Shown here: positions 25,723 through 38,206 of the stretch, piece after piece
How the letters are laid out: the number at the start of each line of letters is the position of its first letter
Numbering within the stretch: position 1 is the first letter of the stretch
Source: Azolla caroliniana
Taxonomy: Eukaryota > Plantae > Polypodiophyta
NCBI GenBank assembly: GCA_043228905.1
Contig: JBHGNT010000011.1
Coordinates: 17,546,001 to 17,610,000, forward strand
Direction: 5' to 3'
DNA length: 64,000 nucleotides
Made by a program: the position numbers and the translations under genes
Notes under the pieces: generated by a model
The model's database searches: none
Seen by the model: the letters and a program-made list of their open reading frames with translations, nothing else
What the model was told of the DNA's origin: nothing

Positions 25723-26802
25723 TCAAGTAATATGTACAGTATCTAGGTACAAATCTGACTTCAAGATTTTAACCTTAGGATCATTTAATGAATTTAATAA
25801 GCCATTTGTGGTTTCACGGTGCAAAAGAAAAACACCCGAACCTGTGGACAATCCCAACCTGCTGATTTTCTCGTTATGATAAGTCTTGCATGCAAAATAG
25901 AAGACAGTTTGCATGAGGAGACCGAGCAAAACCATGAATGACATGACCCCAATTAAAAGAGCGTCAATCACGACTCTCGATTTTGTGCCTCGTGTAAAAG
26001 ACTCCCCATGCACATCCCACACATCAAACCCAAGCGCAATCATGAAATCCAATGCAAAGAACACAAGAAACAAGGAAATTCCCGTAATCCGCATGCCTTT
26101 TATTAAGCTCATGCTCTTCCGGATGGCCAGGAGGCCGTATGAATCCTCCAGAACCGTGATCACACACCCGAGGTGCCACAAACAACTCAAGTATGTGAAC
26201 CCTCCCATGAAAAGAAAGAGGCCCGACCAAAGGAGCGCTCTCATCAAAATCTCGTTCCCCGGGGAGATCAACGCGAAGACTATAGCGAGTGCCGTGAAGA
26301 CCATGAGGAAGAGGACGCAATAGCCCGAAATCATGGCGATGGCCCAGACGAATGTGGCGACGAGACGTATCCAAATGCGAGGAATGGCGCTAAGGGCACG
26401 CTTACAAGACGTGATCCTCTCGGAGTATATACAATCGATGCTATAGATGACGGCGGACGTGGCGAGGAGGGAGAAAGCTAGGAGGGACACGGCATAGACC
26501 CCTAAAAGCACGTAAAGGTTGGCGAGATGTAATCGGACACCATCTTCTTCGATTCGATGTTGTTCATCGTTGAAATGAGAGCCTTCGAAATGGGAGATGA
26601 ATTCATCCCATTGGATTCGGCCCACGATCAGCCCAATGATCCAGCCGGGGCCTAACCCGAGGACGCAGAGCGGCGCGATGAGGGTGATGGTAAGGCTCAC
26701 AAAGAGCTTGGTGTGAGAAGAGAGCAATTTGAACACTTCTCTTGCGATGCCAAACAACACACCCAAGGATCTTAGAAGCTCTTGAGAATCTCTACCATCC
26801 AT
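25723..26802 (-). CDS. Intronless polytopic membrane protein (At4g19950/At5g44860/At1g31130-like), copy A, 359 aa
   Basis: ATG at 26802 (MDGRDSQELLRSLG). About 6 hydrophobic segments and the motifs FSLLATSAVIYSI, WHLGCVITVLEDSYGLLAIRKS and YFACKTYHNEKI. Paralog of 31160-32179. Confidence 0.85.
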   Translation of the reverse strand: MDGRDSQELLRSLGVLFGIAREVFKLLSSHTKLFVSLTITLIAPLCVLGLGPGWIIGLIVGRIQWDEFISHFEGSHFNDEQHRIEEDGVRLHLANLYVLLGVYAVSLLAFSLLATSAVIYSIDCIYSERITSCKRALSAIPRIWIRLVATFVWAIAMISGYCVLFLMVFTALAIVFALISPGNEILMRALLWSGLFLFMGGFTYLSCLWHLGCVITVLEDSYGLLAIRKSMSLIKGMRITGISLFLVFFALDFMIALGFDVWDVHGESFTRGTKSRVVIDALLIGVMSFMVLLGLLMQTVFYFACKTYHNEKISRLGLSTGSGVFLLHRETTNGLLNSLNDPKVKILKSDLYLDTVHIT

Positions 26803-28209
26803 TGGTGGACTTTTTGGGAAAAAACAAAACAAAAAAACCAAACAGGAAATAAAATCTAGTCACAAAATGAGATCAAATCTAGCTCACTAAAATCCCTCTC
26901 CTTCTCTACTGCAACAGACTAATCAAAAGCTTAAAGTAAGCCTCTATCTGTCTAGACTCCTAGAGTTCTCTTGTGGTATAATTTTTTTTCCTGCCGAACA
27001 GTCTAGTCAGTCAATAAATCTAATCAAATTCAATAATGGCCAAGGTATCTTTGGGTTTTTCTTTTAAGTGTGTGTGAGAGAAAGAGAGATCAGAGAAAGG
27101 GGGGAATGGTAATTACAAAATATGTTCTTATGCCAAAGCCAATCCATCTATGTGACATTTGTGGGGGGTATGTGTATTGGGTGGGTATACATGTACATGC
27201 CAAAGGACTTTGGACCTTGCAAGGTAAGTTCGAGGCTATGAAGCATGAAGAAGGACATCTTTGACACGCTACTAAATGAATGAATACCATTCTCGATCAT
27301 CACTAGCCTCTCTTTCTCTCATGTATAATATATGGATCATTCGAGAATGAGCATGGGAATCAAAGGAGCTCATAATCCAACTCGTCGCTATTATGTGATA
27401 TGGGATATAAAAAATGTTCTTTCCAATAAAGCATTTCCTTCTTTGCCAAGAAGCTTCAATCTAAATTCAACCCTTTGAACATCTATAAGATATGTTCGCT
27501 TGATGTTTCTTGTGTGTAGGCGATGTGTCAACAAAGTAGCATACAAACAAAATGTGTCCGCCCACTATGGTCGGTAATTTATTTGAAAGAAATAACATAC
27601 GATTGGAATCAAAATTTTCAATGATATTATTGTTAGTATTAGTCAAGCTTAAATTGGCCCCACATTTCACATTTTCAATTTGTATTCATGCTAATGTGCT
27701 TGATTAGAACTATATTAATATTATAAGGCTAGGATTTTATTATGCTAGATACGTCTCTTCTCATGTGTGTATGCCCGCCCTTATAAGGTCTATGCACGAC
27801 CATACTTGTGAGTTTGTGACACATCCCTAATCATTACTTGCATTCATCTACCATGTAGTATTGTGTGTTGTAGCCGGCTTTGTTATATTTTCTACGACTT
27901 ACCATCACCATTTAGTATTGTGGTTTATAAGGCAACGTTATAAAACATTGCATTCAAAGCCGTTTTGTAGGAAAACAATGTAAGTTTAGTTAACATATGA
28001 ATGAGTTCAAAATGAACCAAAAAAACACAAAGCATTTACTTAAAACACAAAACACATTATTTTCCTGTTTTGAGTGGCCAAGTTTGGCACAACTCTCACT
28101 CTTTCTCTCCATTTGTTGTCATAGGCCTCTCACTATGGTCATGGGTTCAAATCCTTATTTTGCAGCATGGTATCCAAATAGTTCTCTCTATTTTCTAGGT
28201 TAGGTTTTT

Positions 28210-28455
28210 ATGCTAATAGTAAACCAAATTTCTTTATTGAAATATGCTCTTATATTCAAATCTCACTATTGCATGCATTACTTTATTAGATGCCAATGGT
28301 AAACCAATTTTCTTTATTGAAATGTGCTCTTATATTCAAATTCACTATTGCATGCATTACTTTATTAGATGCCAATGGTAAACCAATTTTCTTTATTGAA
28401 ATGTGCTCTTATATTCAAATTCACTATTGCATGCATTACTTTATTAGATGCCAAT
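28210..28455. repeat. 3 x 79-80-bp near-perfect tandem repeat
   Basis: ATGCCAATGGTAAACCAATTTTCTTTATTGAAATGTGCTCTTATATTCAAATTCACTATTGCATGCATTACTTTATTAG at 28210, 28290 and 28369. Confidence 0.95.
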
Positions 28456-28763
28456 CTAGTAGGGCTAAATGAATGACCTCCTTGCCTTCTTTAGAAACAA
28501 CACATACACACACACACTCTCTCTTTCTCTCTCCCAAATAGTGGTAAGACGTTAGACTATTATCAAAACACATCTTTGTTAGCCCATCCTCTTACCCCAC
28601 CTAGAGGTAGATAGATTTTATTATCATCTTGAAAGGTCAAAATGATATATGAGACCAAAAATATACCATTTTTCATGCAATACATGTGAAGGTGAGAACT
28701 AACTCTTGATGTCCAAGAATTCCACTAATGAAGGCCATTTTGCGAATGCACATTAAGATTGAT

Positions 28764-28765
<2 letters not shown>

Positions 28766-28823
<58 letters not shown>
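28766..28823. repeat. (AT)n(AG)n compound microsatellite
   Basis: Read directly from the sequence. Confidence 0.95.
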
Positions 28824-28827
<4 letters not shown>

Positions 28828-30789
28828 GGAATGAACCTTGAAGGTACTTTCTCTACATGTCATGTATTTCTTTGTCTATCCCTAGCATGAATTTATGTGC
28901 CCCTTATGTCAAGACCTACTCTCTTATAGGAGGAATTCATATTGGCGATTGAAACTTGTTTCCCCCTCTCATTAGAATGTTCAACCACTTTTTTGTCTTT
29001 AATTTCTCATTAATCCACCCCTTGGATTATTATTCTTCTCTAGACAGCCCGAATAAAGAGCCTAAGGAATTTGCTCATCCCCGACCTCCTACCTTTCCAT
29101 TCCCCTTATGCTCTTATACCTTCCGTTATTTCTTTCCTTTAACATATTTAGCTGATGGACCCTCTTTATTCATGGTCAACAATAGTTGGCCATTTTTCCA
29201 AGAAATATCCTAAAACTCCACATGAAAGCAATATCCCACAAACTACCTCATTTAAACCAATAACACATGGAATACATCCAAGTGGGGTTATCCTTAACCA
29301 TGTTGGTCATTTCTTCTAGCCATTCAAGAGAATATGCATACACCATTTATTTTGAACATTGAACCCTTCCCAAATTTGCGAATTTAATTCCCACATGATC
29401 CAGTGACAACTTTCTCTCTCTGACCCACATTGTGCACTTGCACCTCAAAATTTCCTTAACCATAGGTATCCATGACACCACATTTACAAGGTTTTTGTAT
29501 ATAAAAAGTAGACAACACTCAAATAAAATTGCTCTCTACTCATGAAATGTAAAAAGAACCTCAATATAAAAGACCTATTCCTTCATGCCAAACAAATATG
29601 GCATACCTAAGATAATAAACACCACATTATATATTTGAGATGGTACAATTTCACTTCTAATTGAGATTCATAGAAAGAGGGACAGATGGACATTCCATGA
29701 GCAAAATACTCTTGTGAGGATCAAGACTTCTGAGGAATACTCAAATGTAAGCCATCTTGACTCAAGAATTATTTATGTTAACTATGGTGGACCTTCAAAT
29801 ACCCTATTAAGGATGACAATGTTTTGTAGGTGACCACTCATTCATTCCAAGATTTATTAAACGGTCTCTTAATGGTTAACGAAAATGTGTGCACTTTTGA
29901 AAATGCAATATCTTTGTTCATCATATGGGGCTCGATTTCTTTCAAGATATGACATATAACTTTGCATGTCATACATATCAAGAATAATTTAATTTATGAT
30001 ATTATTAATATAAGTGTGAAGCCACTAACTTATGTACAAAGATCCAAAGGTTGAAGTGCCACATTAAATGTTTAGCATTAGATTCACCTAAGCCCATTGA
30101 TAATGGTGCGAGAATGACATGGCAACGCAAGGTGGAAGTAATAACACTTTGTTTTTAGAGTTGAACGAGGTGTATGAACATATCATGAATGATCAATCCC
30201 TCCAATACATAATGACTTACAATGTACATATATTGGTAAAGTGTGCAACTTGTGTTTGTGCGTTCGTATGAATATCCACAAATGTGTGTGGTGTGAACTG
30301 TATTTATATGATTCTATGTGTTTATAACACACAAATAGCCATGCTTCTATATTGTGCTTTTTCAAACAAAATCGTGTCTTTTTCTTCCTATGCCTCACTC
30401 TATTTGTTTATACCCCTTACTCTAGTGCTATGTCTCTTCGTCCTCTTTCTCGTATTTCACTGACCACGTTCTCAATTTCTTCACTTTGTGTTTTTCTTAC
30501 TCTAGTCCATGTGCACACAAATACACACTCCTGCTCATAGATTAAGTAGATTGCTTGTATCTTCATGTCCTCTCACCTAGATATGCTATGAACCGTCGCC
30601 TCCTATTTGAACCAATGAGATTATAGCCGCCAACAATAGAAACGTATATAACATTAGTCTCATCACATCAATGTAAAGACTAATACTCACTCAATGTAAA
30701 GGTATATAGCACCCACACCCGCCCACCCCATAATGCAGTATGTGTGTATGTATGTATGTATGTATGTATGTATGTATGTACTTAGGTAG

Positions 30790-30943
30790 GGTCAAAGCAA
30801 GTGCGCGTTTATTGACTTTGGATAAAGGGCATATTTTTGTAATTTTCATTATCTTTGAATTTTACTCCCGGGTCCCCCACCTTTTTCCATGACCCACACA
30901 CGTTGTTCATTATTGAATTTGACGTAGATCTGTTGACTTGACT
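30790..30943 (+). promoter_or_regulatory. W-box and CGCG-box cluster upstream of membrane protein copy B
   Basis: GGTCAA at 30790, GCGCGT at 30803, TTGACT at 30812, 30933 and 30938. Part of the block is conserved in inverted form at 27005-27038. Confidence 0.5.
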
Positions 30944-31159
30944 TCGCCAATGGGTAAAAGGAGAAACAGAAATCTCCATAGATCCACCACAAAGAAAGAG
31001 AGAGGCTCAGAAAACAAGAAGCTCACCAAGGCTTCGGATTAGATAATTTAGCGTGTTGTAGAAGAGAGAACTAGGAGAATTTGTGATTAGATCTTCAAGA
31101 TCTCACTCAATTTTTGTTGGGTCTAAGACTCTAGATTTGACCCGGACCGACCGATTCGA

Positions 31160-32179
31160 ATGGATCCAGATCCTCGAGAGTTTCGATCCTTGGGAGTGGT
31201 AGGCATCACAAGAGAGTCATTCAAAGTGATCTCCTCTCACACCACACTCTTCTTGGGGCTTACCCTAGCCCTCATAGTGCCCCTATGCTTCATTGGATTG
31301 GGACACAACCTCATCACGGAGCCGATCACGGGTCGCATCCTATGGGATGCATTGGTCTCCCAGCACGTGCCCACGGGCTCCGATGCCGAGCAACAAATCG
31401 ACAATGACATCCACAAACAGATGGTCAAACTCTACACCATTTTAGCGGTCTACGCCATCTTCGTCTTGGCCTTCTCCCTCCTCTCCACGTCCGCCATCGT
31501 GTATACCGTGGCTTGCATATACTCCGAGAGGATCACGTCTTGTAAGCGGGTCCTTAGCGTCGTCCCTCGCGTCTGGAAACGCCTCATTGTCACCTTCATC
31601 TGGGCCATGGGCATGACATTTGGCTACGGACTTGTGTTCGGCATTTGTTTCATGGTACTTGCTATTGTCTTTGGGTTAATCTTCCCTGGGAGCGAGGCAG
31701 CGATGTCGGTGCTTGTCTGGTTCGGCCTGGTTCTTTTCATTGGAGGGTCCATATACTTGAGTTGTGTGTGGCATCTAGGGAGTGTGATCACGGTCCTAGA
31801 GGATCCATATGGCCTCTCGGCCATCCGGAAGAGCTTGGGCTTGATAAAAGGGAAGCGTCGTACGGCAGTTACCTTGTTTTTTGTGTATTTTGTGCTGGGT
31901 TTCGTGATTGGACTTGGGTTCCATGTGTGGGTTGTGCGTGGGGGGGAGTCGTCTAAACTAGGCACAGGATCGAGAATCGTGATTGGTGCTATCTTGATTG
32001 GGGTCATGTCATTTGTGAATTTGCTCGGGTTCGTGGTGCAAACCATCTTCTATTTCGCATGCAAGGCTTATCATAATGAGAAAATTGACATGTTGGAGTT
32101 GTCGGACCATTTGGGTGCTTTCTTGGGGGAATATGTGCCCCTAAGAAGCTCCATCCAGTTGGAACCTGTTGAGCCATAA
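31160..32179 (+). CDS. Intronless polytopic membrane protein (same family), copy B, 339 aa
   Basis: Complete ORF with motifs FSLLSTSAIVYTVACIY, VVPRVWKRLIVTF and WHLGSVITVLED, and the family tail CKAYHNEKID...LSDHLGAFLGEYVPLRSSIQLE. Confidence 0.92.
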   Translation: MDPDPREFRSLGVVGITRESFKVISSHTTLFLGLTLALIVPLCFIGLGHNLITEPITGRILWDALVSQHVPTGSDAEQQIDNDIHKQMVKLYTILAVYAIFVLAFSLLSTSAIVYTVACIYSERITSCKRVLSVVPRVWKRLIVTFIWAMGMTFGYGLVFGICFMVLAIVFGLIFPGSEAAMSVLVWFGLVLFIGGSIYLSCVWHLGSVITVLEDPYGLSAIRKSLGLIKGKRRTAVTLFFVYFVLGFVIGLGFHVWVVRGGESSKLGTGSRIVIGAILIGVMSFVNLLGFVVQTIFYFACKAYHNEKIDMLELSDHLGAFLGEYVPLRSSIQLEPVEP

Positions 32180-34261
32180 GGATTTGAAACATTGTGCTAC
32201 AATCACTTTATTTTACAAACCTTCAAATGAAGAATATTGAACCATTACTTCCAACACCTCTCTTCATGTATTACAATATCTAAATCAAGGATGACTCTTC
32301 TAAAAACAGAATTGTGCTCAACTTTTGTATTATAATCCCTGCTTTTGAGTTAGCATGTAAGTAATCTATCTTGTTAAGTTAATAATTGTGGTCAACTTTT
32401 GTTTTATAATCCTTGCTTTTAAGTTAGCATGTAAGTAATCTATCTTGTTAGCTTAATATTTGTGTTCATTGGTTGTAGTGAATCATCATTCTCTCACCAA
32501 GCATGTAGTTTCTCACATTCTCACATTTTACATGCCAAGTAGGAAGCCAATGACTTTGTAGTTTTTGGCATTTGATCACAAGAGCAACCCAATCAACGTT
32601 GGACTAAATTAGGTTTGGGGAGGACTATGAAGATTGTTTGACATTGATGTACACAACAACTATTGATATAGTTCAATATTCATGCACAATGTGCAACATG
32701 ATTTAGTTTAGTAGCAATGTGCAAAATTTGGCAATGGAAGATGATGTAAAATCTGATGTGGGATGATAATCTCATCCGACGATGTTGTCCTCCTTCTCTA
32801 GATACAAAGATCCAATTATTCAAACCTCGTGTAGAGGAAGAGTCATGCTAAATGAAGGACAAAGCTTTAGTAATGGCCGCTTTCAAAAACTGGTGACCAT
32901 AAGGTGATGGTTCAAATAGGTGGATTCAAGTTGTTTTTTGGTTGGAAGATGTTCTTCGTCAAAACTTTGCCTTACATAAATAATAAGCTTCTTTAGTTTT
33001 AGTAGTTGCAATGTTTATTTTCGAATAGAAGACAAGAAGTTGTCGATAAAGGCTAACAATTATTGTTTTAAAATAGACGACTATAAAAACAATTTCTCCA
33101 AATAAGTGATAGTTCTGGTGTTAATGGGAGACTTTGCGTATAGTGAGACTTTGTTTTTATCAAATTATTTATTCGACCGGCTCGATGACATTTTATCACA
33201 TTATGTACTTCATCATGAAAGAACATCTCCGTTTTCATTTCATAATTTTCATGAATAGTTGGCAAAGATCCAAAATGTTTCTCATTTTATATTTGCCACA
33301 TGTGTTAAGGTACCAATATTTATCCATGCCATTCAAACCCAAGGAGACAATGAAACTAGTGTGTAAATATGTATCAAGTTTAGGATTATCGAAATCTTGA
33401 ATCCTTTTACATGACTGATCGCCAAACTTTATACCTAGAATTAACATTTGGATAGCATATATATTTTTAATCCATCCATAACATTTCTTCTCACGTTGTA
33501 CTTGAATGTTTTACAATTGGGCATCCATAAATCGTATTGAAGTCCACAATAATCAATTTATATATGTGTGGGAAGTAATGGTGAACTAGGTGTGGCAAAA
33601 AAACAAGCCACTTAGCAAATTGCCTTGATGATGTTATTGTTCATAGTATGTTTTTTTCTTCTTCTTCTTTTTGCCAACAATGGTTTAAGTTACGTCTAAA
33701 GTGATTACCATATTACTTCAACACATATTTTTGCCTTTTCAACGGCTCTTAGGCTGCCACAAACATACATATCTTTCAAAGCATTGGCAAGAACGGTTGT
33801 ACATGGCCACACGCTTCATGTCGTAGTATGCTTTTCACACTTAACAAAACCATTAGGAAAGTTAGTAACTTCAAGTCATGTTGGCTCAAGTGCACAATTT
33901 ATGCATGCAATTTGTGCTGGCCCATATACTCAAGTAAAGGCTATATATCAGGTGAACGAAAAGATGAATGGTGGATCGAGCATGTGGATAATGGAATGGC
34001 CCTAGGCCAAGAGAGATCATGAGGTCGGACGAAGAGCAACCCTGGGGTTCAGATAGTTGGATTCTTTGTAAAGCAAAAAATACTAGAAAAGGATACACAC
34101 ATATACATATATGTAGGGATTCATTCATTCATACATACATACACAGATGGAAGAATATCATGACAAGATTCTTTGATTGAATACTAATAATGTTACCGTT
34201 AGGATTCAGGAATTTGAAACATGGTGTGGGAGCAAGAGGGGAAGAAGAAGAGGAGAAGGAC

Positions 34262-37200
34262 ATGACGTCACCATTGCAGAGCCCGGACATCATCGCGTTG
34301 GTGTTCACTCGCCTGTCCGCCCCGGAGGACCTCCTCTCGGCATCCGCTGTGTGCAGGTCAAATTCATTCATTCATTCATTCATTCATTCATTCATTATGT
34401 GATGAATTCATTGATGAATTGAACCTTTGGCTTTTCTTTTGGGGCCACCTGAATTTGTATACTTTCTTTTCAAAAGCTTGGAAATTTTCTCCTGTTTAAC
34501 CTAATATTATCTTCTTTTTTAGCCTAAAGTTTTTGTGCTTGCATCCTTATTATTGTCCGAGTTTCCAAATGAAAGAATCACCTGAAAATCGTCTGTTTCA
34601 TTTGTATGTAGAACATGGCGAATCGTGGCCACCGATCAATCCCATCTTCGGTCGTGGAATCTAGATGATACTCTTCTGGATAATTTCACCCTAGGTACCA
34701 AAACCTCATCTGCCCCATTTTTACCTAAAACCCCACCCCCCAAGCAGTGGATCAATCCTACATCTTTCTCACCATTGTCTTCGTTTAAAATCCCAAAAAG
34801 TCTATTGACACACCATGACCAAAAGAAAATGAAAATGGGGGAATCTGCCCACAAAAAAACCCTTGTGATTCCAAGCAGATGTAAATATACTCGATGCTCA
34901 TATGGTGATGCATTCTTCTTCAATGGTGATAATGATGATGACATTGTTGATGGTGATGGTGATGACGGTCTGGTTAACTCTCCTAGGACGCCTTCGCCCA
35001 CTCGAGAAGCCGTTAAGTTTCCCCCACTCTTTGATATTGTGAAGGAGAAGATGGTGATGGGTGCATTCTTGGGAGACATTGACATAATGTCATCGAGAAT
35101 CAACGATGAAATCATGCAGTGAGTGTTGTAAAAACTTTTCTTGGTTTTTCATGTTTTATTTATTTATTTGTAGATCTAAAATTGAAAGTTTTCTAGCAAG
35201 CTCTTGAATTCTGTTTGCGGATTTCTGGGAGACATTGGTTTTAATGTCATGGAGGATCAACAATGTAATCAAAGTTATTGATGAAATTATAGAGATAGTC
35301 AACGTTGTAAGAAGATATTGTTCCTTTGTTTCTTACAGAAATGTAATCCTATGAAGTGTGGGAAATGTAATCCTATCCTGATAGATCAATCAGCTATCAA
35401 CTTCAAGAATAAAAAATCCGAAAGTTATAAAAATACAAGTTTGATCTTTCAAGTTTTTTTTAACATTTCACATGTATTCAGCCAATACTTACTAGTAAAT
35501 TCTTAAGTTTGTTGATTCCTTGGGTAATTTATATAAGGAATCAGGATCAATGATGAAATTCATGTAGTAGTTGTGGGGCAATGTAAACATCAAGGATTCT
35601 CCAAGTATAAATGATTTCTTGAATTTATAACCTATTGAGTTATATAATTATGTATGATCAGTTATATAATTTGTATCAAATTGTTTCTATCTTTTGGAAA
35701 TTTGGACAAATCACTTAATTCTTAAATAGCCAAAAGTTTTCAAAATCCTTGAAACATGGTTAGTATTTATATGTATGCCCGGATGAACCTTGTCTTGCAG
35801 AATGCTATTTCGACGATGCCCTCGATTGCATACATTTCGGCTTGTACATATATGTCCAGTCAAGCTCAACGAATATGTCGAGCCATCCAACCTTTGCATG
35901 GAAAATGGGAGCATCCAACATAGGTCCTCATGTAATTGTGGCCCATTATCAAATCGAGCATTCTCAGGAATCCATGATCATTGTCCACAATTGACATCTG
36001 TAACTCTTATTCTACAGGTAAAAAACTAAAAATGGTTTAAAGAAACTAAAACAATGAAAATGCGTCTTTTTTTGTATGATCATGTTGTGTTGTGCATTTT
36101 GGAACTCAACAAGTTATTCAAATTTGTCTGTCTGTGGTTTTTGTGCAGCATTTAACATTTAGGAAGGTATTGCAAAAGCTCCTGAGACAGATTGGTGGAT
36201 TACCAAATTTGCACACTCTTTCGATTGAGCTGCGATCCCCGTAGGGCTTTGGATTCATGTCATATTTTTTGTTTTTGTTTGAAATGCCTACTTTTCAATC
36301 TTGCATAAATTTTTAGCGAATTTTATGAAGAAGCTGTTGGACATTTTTTGTTCCTGTTTCTTATGGGAGAAAAGAATCCCCATTTTCCCAAATTTAGGGT
36401 TTCCCTAATGATGGAACATCTCACAAAGCCTATGTGCGGTTGTGTTATTTAGGTCATTCGGACAATCAACTAAGTCAAAGGTTATTTGGGACTCACATGT
36501 GCGATTTACAGAACAGGTGATTTTTTATAGTTTTTTTCGGAAAATGAACAGCACCCTCTTCTCAAAAACAGCATTTTGAATATATGAACTTGGAATCTAG
36601 TCATATTTATATAGCATAAAACTTGGAATTTAGTCAACCTAATAACATGTATTGGCTACATCGATATGTTTCAATTCTAAATTTCATCAAGGAAAAAACA
36701 AAAATTTAATGATCAGGAAATAATGGCACTAATTCATGGAGGGCCCCCACCACTTCATGCATTATCACTCAATCGATGTGACCTCACCAGAGCTTCGTTG
36801 GATGCATTAGTATCATCATGTCCCCATATTGAGGTATATTTTTCTTCATTTAGCTAAGTTTTGAAATATAATTAAAACATCATAAATGGGTTTATTGGTT
36901 CAATTTACAAAGGAATGTGCATGATGTTTGGATGAATCTATGTGATGGTTTGAAAGATTGCATCTTTTTTAATGCTAAAAAATTGTATGGTGTGGGTACC
37001 AGGCTTTGGAGTTGCACAGTGATTTTGAGGACAGTAAAGAGCCTGGATTCTTGCAGAATGCACCATTGCACCTTGTGGTAAGCAGGGGGGAGGGGGAAAT
37101 TGATTCAAATGAACATTTAGTATAAATGATATATCTTAACAAATGGTAGCCTTCTTCTTCCAGGGGTTGACATCATTATCTGGTGTTGCATTTGGAGTAC

Positions 37201-37475
37201 TGATGACCATAAATTCTTGCTGTTTTAAATCTTGGCAAATGCCTTACGTGAAGAGACTAAGACTGGAAACCAAACATGGTCTTTGTATTCAGCATCTCTA
37301 CCAACTCAAATTGGCTTGCCCAGAGCTTGAGAGCCTTCATCTCATCTGGCATAGTGTCTCTGTATCTGGTGGTGTGAACGAGGTCCATATCTACCCATTC
37401 ACAGAAGAAAACATCCTAAAGTACCAGTGTAGTTCGTGTATATGTAAACCACAATTCACCCACTCGAATGTATGA
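34262..37475 (+). CDS. F-box/LRR (RNI-like) protein, 8 coding exons, about 492 aa
   Basis: Exons 34262-34356, 34612-35118, 35801-36017, 36149-36240, 36453-36516, 36717-36833, 37003-37077 and 37164-37475. All GT-AG, 1479 nt in frame. F-box PDIIALVFTRL...LLSASAVCRTW and LRR-like CPRLHTF, CPQLTSV, LPNLHTL, CPHIEAL and CPELESL. The start could lie further upstream. Confidence 0.85.
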
Positions 37476-38206
37476 TATAATTGTGAATTCTTTTGTTGTG
37501 ATGTTCAGTAATAATAACAAATTATATTTATATTGAGAGGATCGATTTCTTCTTCCAAGCAGAAAACGTTCATCAAATCCATTCATCGTATATGATGTTA
37601 AGACCGACGAATTTTGGTTGGTTCATTCTTACATTCGGCTTTTGAATAGTTCAGACAAAGGATTTTCCGATTCTCCAACTAAATTATGCAACACCTCCTC
37701 CATTCACAATGTGGGGTAAAAAGTTCCCCCTCTTGTATTTTGAGGGAATTCCTCCAGTAGTCATTATGTGCACTCTCAATTGTGCTGCATTCATTAGTAA
37801 GTTCTTGTACATTCGAGAGTGGCTACTCACTTTCATGTGTTATACGTTTTGACCTCCGAAAATGATATTATGCACGAATTGAAAAGGAACTAACTCTGGC
37901 CGAGTCAGTACATGATTGATGACAATTAACAAATTATCAATTTATTTAGTGTTTACATCAAAAAGTACTGAACTTACACCATGAATTTTTGTATACAAGG
38001 AATTACAACAGTAAGCAACTTGTATATGAATATGATTATTATTATTATCTACATACACCATTTATAAATAAAGTTGGGTCTCAAGACCAAAAGAGTAAGC
38101 CTCATATAAAATTGTTCAGATGAATGTGTCTCATATATGTATATATATATACTGTTCAGCCGTCATGTTGGATGCATGCCAAAGTAAGTAGTTGGTCTGG
38201 TTTAGC

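Noticed and set aside
25913-32046. Similar antisense ORFs in both membrane-protein paralogs
   Set aside because: Expected from shared codon structure of hydrophobic coding sequence, with no independent evidence.
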